Origin: a virus
Lineage: Duplodnaviria; Caudoviricetes
Virus record (IMG/VR): IMGVR_UViG_3300032897_000006
Coordinates: 1 to 57,754 of that record
Length of the DNA: 57,754 nt
Strand: one strand, 5' to 3'
The translations under genes and the position numbers were made by a program. Shown here piece after piece: positions 54,596 through 57,754 of this stretch (position 1 is the stretch's first letter; every line of letters begins with the position of its first letter). The notes beneath the pieces are model-generated. The model saw only the letters and a program-made list of their open reading frames with translations, was not told the origin of the DNA and ran no database searches.

Positions 54596-54784
54596 ATGTC
54601 TGAAAAATACGTTGTCTTTCAACGTAGCTGCAAAAGTTTTGAAGATTTGGGCCGTGCGCGCAAGAAAATTATACGGCGCAATCTGACCATTGAAGAGGCG
54701 CGGCAAATGTGCGCGAATTTCAATGACAATCGGACTCCGGCGCAAATTAAAGCCGGGACAAAATGCGAGTTTACCGCGCAATAA
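54596..54784 (+). CDS. Hypothetical early protein
   Basis: GGAG RBS after hairpin. Confidence 0.7.
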   Translation: MSEKYVVFQRSCKSFEDLGRARKKIIRRNLTIEEARQMCANFNDNRTPAQIKAGTKCEFTAQ

Positions 54785-54859
54785 TCTGGTAAATTGCAAT
54801 TCAATAGGCCGGGAAGCTGGCCTATTCTGTGGCAATTTCGCCTAAGCTGGAGTGACCAG

Positions 54860-55144
54860 ATGAGACAAGCGATTGTAACGAAATATCTAGGCGCAACGAA
54901 TCAGCGCGGTAGCCGCATTGTTGCGGAATGCGCGGGCGGCCGGATCATTGTTCCGTATTATTCCGAAATGAACACAGATGAGAATCATTTTCACGCGGCC
55001 ATGAAATTGGCGCACAAAATGGGCTGGCATGGTCCGAAATTTGAAGGCAATTGGATTGCGGGCGGGTTGCCGGGGAACGCTGGTAATGTCTATTGCTACA
55101 ATGATGAATTGCCCGATACGCAATACAAAATAGACCCCCCGTAA
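54860..55144 (+). CDS. Hypothetical early protein
   Basis: AI.TKYLG.TN.RGSRI.A motif; RBS. Confidence 0.8.
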   Translation: MRQAIVTKYLGATNQRGSRIVAECAGGRIIVPYYSEMNTDENHFHAAMKLAHKMGWHGPKFEGNWIAGGLPGNAGNVYCYNDELPDTQYKIDPP

Positions 55145-55206
55145 TCCGATTGCTTTAGATTGCCAGCCTAGGCGCTGGCAATTTCAAACAATCTGGAGAC
55201 TATAAG

Positions 55207-55614
55207 ATGGAAATTGATATAACTTCATTCGTAACGAATGAGAATCCCCGTGATTTTTCCGCGAGCGTTGCGGAAATTGGGAATAATGCGGCGCGGGACA
55301 CATGGCAAGCCGCATGCGAGCAAGCCTCTGATTCTCCTTTGCTCAATACTGAGGATGAATTGCAAGCGCTCCGTGACCATGCAAAAGAGTTTGGCGTGTG
55401 GGATGCTGAAGAAATCGCCGGCTGGAATGCGGATGAATGCAACGCTTTGCTAATCCAGATGATTAGTGGCGACATGCGCGAAATGGGCATGGATGATTGT
55501 GATTTAGAGGATTTTGACTGGCAGGAATGCCGGGAACGCCAAGAGGCGGGGCAATGTCCTTCAAATCTCTATATGGGGGATGACGGTCGGTATTATTATT
55601 ATCTAGGGATTTAG
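55207..55614 (+). CDS. Acidic early protein
   Basis: D/E-rich; GGAG RBS. Confidence 0.8.
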   Translation: MEIDITSFVTNENPRDFSASVAEIGNNAARDTWQAACEQASDSPLLNTEDELQALRDHAKEFGVWDAEEIAGWNADECNALLIQMISGDMREMGMDDCDLEDFDWQECRERQEAGQCPSNLYMGDDGRYYYYLGI

Positions 55615-55643
55615 CACAAAAACCGCGTGATTTTATTATAAAA

Positions 55644-55702
55644 CATCGGAATTGCAGTTGACAAACAATTCCGATGCCTTATAAGTGAATTACGCGCTGG
55701 CA
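55644..55702 (+). promoter_or_regulatory. Repeated early promoter/operator
   Basis: CATCGGAATTG-TTGACA-CAATTCCGATG-TATAAG. Confidence 0.85.
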
Positions 55703-55733
55703 TAGTGCCGGCGGCGAACATGGAGAAACCAAA

Positions 55734-56150
55734 TTGGCAGACATGACATTAGCGAGTCTCGCGGCGTCGGCTCTTAGCGCCTTGCATAATTGCCGCAAGC
55801 GGGACGTGGAATCAAAATGGGAATCTATATGGCAATCCCGGCTTGAAGATGAGCTGAAAGAACATTTGCCTCGCGGCTCTGGCTTCGATTGCGGCACGAC
55901 TCTGGACATTGAAGCCAGCAAGCCGGAACGCCTAGTCTTCAAGACATCCTTTCATCACATGGATGAACACGGCGGGTATGACGGATGGACTGAGCATAGC
56001 ATCATCGTGACTCCCAGCCTAGTTTATGGTTTTGAGTTGCGAGTCACGGGGAGAGATCGTAACGGCATTAAGGACTACATCGCTGAAACCATGCACAACG
56101 CGCTAGGCGTTAAGGCGGGCTGGGATACTTTCAAATTTCAATCTCCCTAG
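55734..56150 (+). CDS. Hypothetical early protein
   Basis: LP.GSG.D, FHHMDE.G.YDGWTEH motif. Confidence 0.8.
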   Translation: MADMTLASLAASALSALHNCRKRDVESKWESIWQSRLEDELKEHLPRGSGFDCGTTLDIEASKPERLVFKTSFHHMDEHGGYDGWTEHSIIVTPSLVYGFELRVTGRDRNGIKDYIAETMHNALGVKAGWDTFKFQSP

Positions 56151-56154
56151 AGCG

Positions 56155-56200
56155 TAACGCTTAAATTATCGGCCGATTGCGGCCGGTATCTTAAACGTTA
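56155..56200 (+). repeat. 46-bp hairpin copy
   Basis: TAACGCTTAA...TTAAACGTTA. Confidence 0.85.
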
Positions 56201-56219
56201 TCAAGTAGGAAGGCTAATT

Positions 56220-56471
56220 ATGAAGATCAACAATGAAGATTACGCCGCGCTAAAGAATGCCATCTCTGGCGCGCTAGGAAATTGTAAGGTGGCGGATGTC
56301 GCGGCCAATTATGAGAGGGTCGGTTTATCAGAAAAGCGCTTGCGTTGGGATTTGCTCTGGAGCGTTCAAAACATTGTCCGCCAGCCAATTTTTGATCGAA
56401 TCTATAAGTATGCACATGATGACCATGTTGACACGGCATTGCGGCGAATTGTGAAGGAAATTTCTGTTTAA
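56220..56471 (+). CDS. Hypothetical early protein (homologue of 396-650)
   Basis: Protein similarity. Confidence 0.85.
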   Translation: MKINNEDYAALKNAISGALGNCKVADVAANYERVGLSEKRLRWDLLWSVQNIVRQPIFDRIYKYAHDDHVDTALRRIVKEISV

Positions 56472-56517
56472 TAACGCTTAAAATTGCCACCTTGCGAGGT
56501 GGCAGTCTTAAACGTTA
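56472..56517 (+). repeat. 46-bp hairpin copy
   Basis: TAACGCTTAA...TTAAACGTTA. Confidence 0.85.
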
Positions 56518-56536
56518 ACAAAGTGAAAGCAATATC

Positions 56537-56857
56537 ATGGCGAAATTTGACGTTACCTATGAAATTACAACGCCCGAATCGGCTGAATCCGGCGATTATG
56601 AGGAGTTAGGCTATATTGCTGAAGGCGTTTCGTTTCGTGAAGCGGTTTATTTGGTAAAATCCACGCGCACAAGTCTTTGTGATGGCATTACGTGCATCGA
56701 GGCAAGCGATTCCCGCATTGACCAAGCTCGCTGGATTACCGTTTCCAACGGCATGGAATTTGAAACCGGCGCCCATGAGTCGCGCAATCTCCACATTCCG
56801 AACCATATCACGGCCGCGTCGCGCCACCGCATCATGCGGATTGTTGAATCATTCTGA
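56537..56857 (+). CDS. Hypothetical early protein
   Basis: TYEI.TPESAE.GD..E.G motif. Confidence 0.8.
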   Translation: MAKFDVTYEITTPESAESGDYEELGYIAEGVSFREAVYLVKSTRTSLCDGITCIEASDSRIDQARWITVSNGMEFETGAHESRNLHIPNHITAASRHRIMRIVESF

Positions 56858-56907
56858 AATTTCTTGAAGCAGCGTCGCGGCGCTGCTTTGACAAATAGCA
56901 GAAAAAA

Positions 56908-56967
56908 CATCGCAATAATTGTTGACTAAACAATTACGATGTTTTAGAACTATTCACGCGCTGGCAA
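56908..56967 (+). promoter_or_regulatory. Repeated early promoter/operator
   Basis: CATCGCAAT-TTGACT-ATTACGATG, then CACGCGCTGGCAA. Confidence 0.8.
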
Positions 56968-56995
56968 CGGGTTAGCGCGAATCTGGAGAAACCGA

Positions 56996-57568
56996 ATGAC
57001 CGTAAAACTTGAACTTCATGTCTCTTCCGCTATCTCCGTCGCCATTGAGTCGGTCGGTAACAAGATTGAGAGCGCGGATTATTTCGATGAGCTGCAAGAG
57101 GCCGCAAACGATGAGGTGGGCGGGGAAGCAGAAAACGCCTGCACCTATTACGCGGATTGCGAGGAGATCATCCAGCGCTATGAATCCGAACATGGCTCTG
57201 AAGCGGAAGAGTTATCCGACGCCGGCGGCGCGCAATTCAAGGCAAGCGAATTCCAGAAAGCCATGGTGCAATATGCTAGGGCCGTCGCGGATTGCGCTAT
57301 CCGCGCCATGGTGCAGCAAGAGATTGAATCGCTCAAAGAGGCATACACAAATCTTTGCGAATCCTTCATGGATGATGAATATTTTGAAGATCATGATCCG
57401 ATTCCCGTTACCGTGGAAATTTCATGCCTCTATGGTTGGGCCGCGCATAACCGTGAAACGCCGGAGGGAGTCTGCATCTGGCACCGGCTGGAAGGCGAGA
57501 CAGAGGCGCGGGCAATCCAGTGCAATGGCCTATGGCTTAGCGTTTGCTGGACGCCTGAGAGGGCATGA
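56996..57568 (+). CDS. Highly acidic early protein (allele of 1799-2371)
   Basis: Near-identical to the left copy. Confidence 0.85.
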   Translation: MTVKLELHVSSAISVAIESVGNKIESADYFDELQEAANDEVGGEAENACTYYADCEEIIQRYESEHGSEAEELSDAGGAQFKASEFQKAMVQYARAVADCAIRAMVQQEIESLKEAYTNLCESFMDDEYFEDHDPIPVTVEISCLYGWAAHNRETPEGVCIWHRLEGETEARAIQCNGLWLSVCWTPERA

Positions 57569-57754
57569 GTCACAGGCATAGGCGCCGCCACAAGCATGGG
57601 GGGCACCATGCGCTCCACCTGCTCCTGGAGCTGCTTCATATCATTCTACACCTAACCGCGCATTGACGATCATGGGGCGGGGGGCTGAGGCGCCCCGCAT
57701 CATGACCGGCTACGGTCAAAGCCTGGAATGGTCCGGGCTTCACATGGAAAGCAA

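Larger units (their letters stand above)
54330..57754 (+). repeat. Right copy of mosaic end repeat (cassette array, allele 2)
   Basis: See 1-2557; offsets 54329 and 55197. Confidence 0.95.

Overview
This window looks like an essentially complete ~54-55 kb podovirus-like tailed phage genome. Its host is probably an alphaproteobacterium (it encodes a GcrA homologue), possibly an acidophile. It also carries plasmid-type maintenance genes (HTH Rep with an antisense-RNA-like leader and a DnaA box, StbA/StbB, a small serine resolvase) and no integrase, so it is probably a phage-plasmid. Modules in order: an early cassette array of small genes with repeated promoter/operators and hairpins (1-4500 and 54280-57754; the two ends are two different alleles of the same array); yfgHI; GcrA/C5-MTase/RusA/Cro; ERF plus exonuclease; terminase, portal, capsid, tail and ejection genes; lysis; Rep/Stb; an uncharacterised 254-aa protein followed by a tRNA-like gene and a ~315-nt structured ncRNA with a circularly permuted (YrlA-like) tRNA domain; tRNA-fMet; Dam; and a VapE helicase with iterons. 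The best candidates for new biology are the protein + permuted-tRNA ncRNA locus (48133-49296) and the shuffling early cassette array. Family calls are from motif recognition by eye, not database searches.
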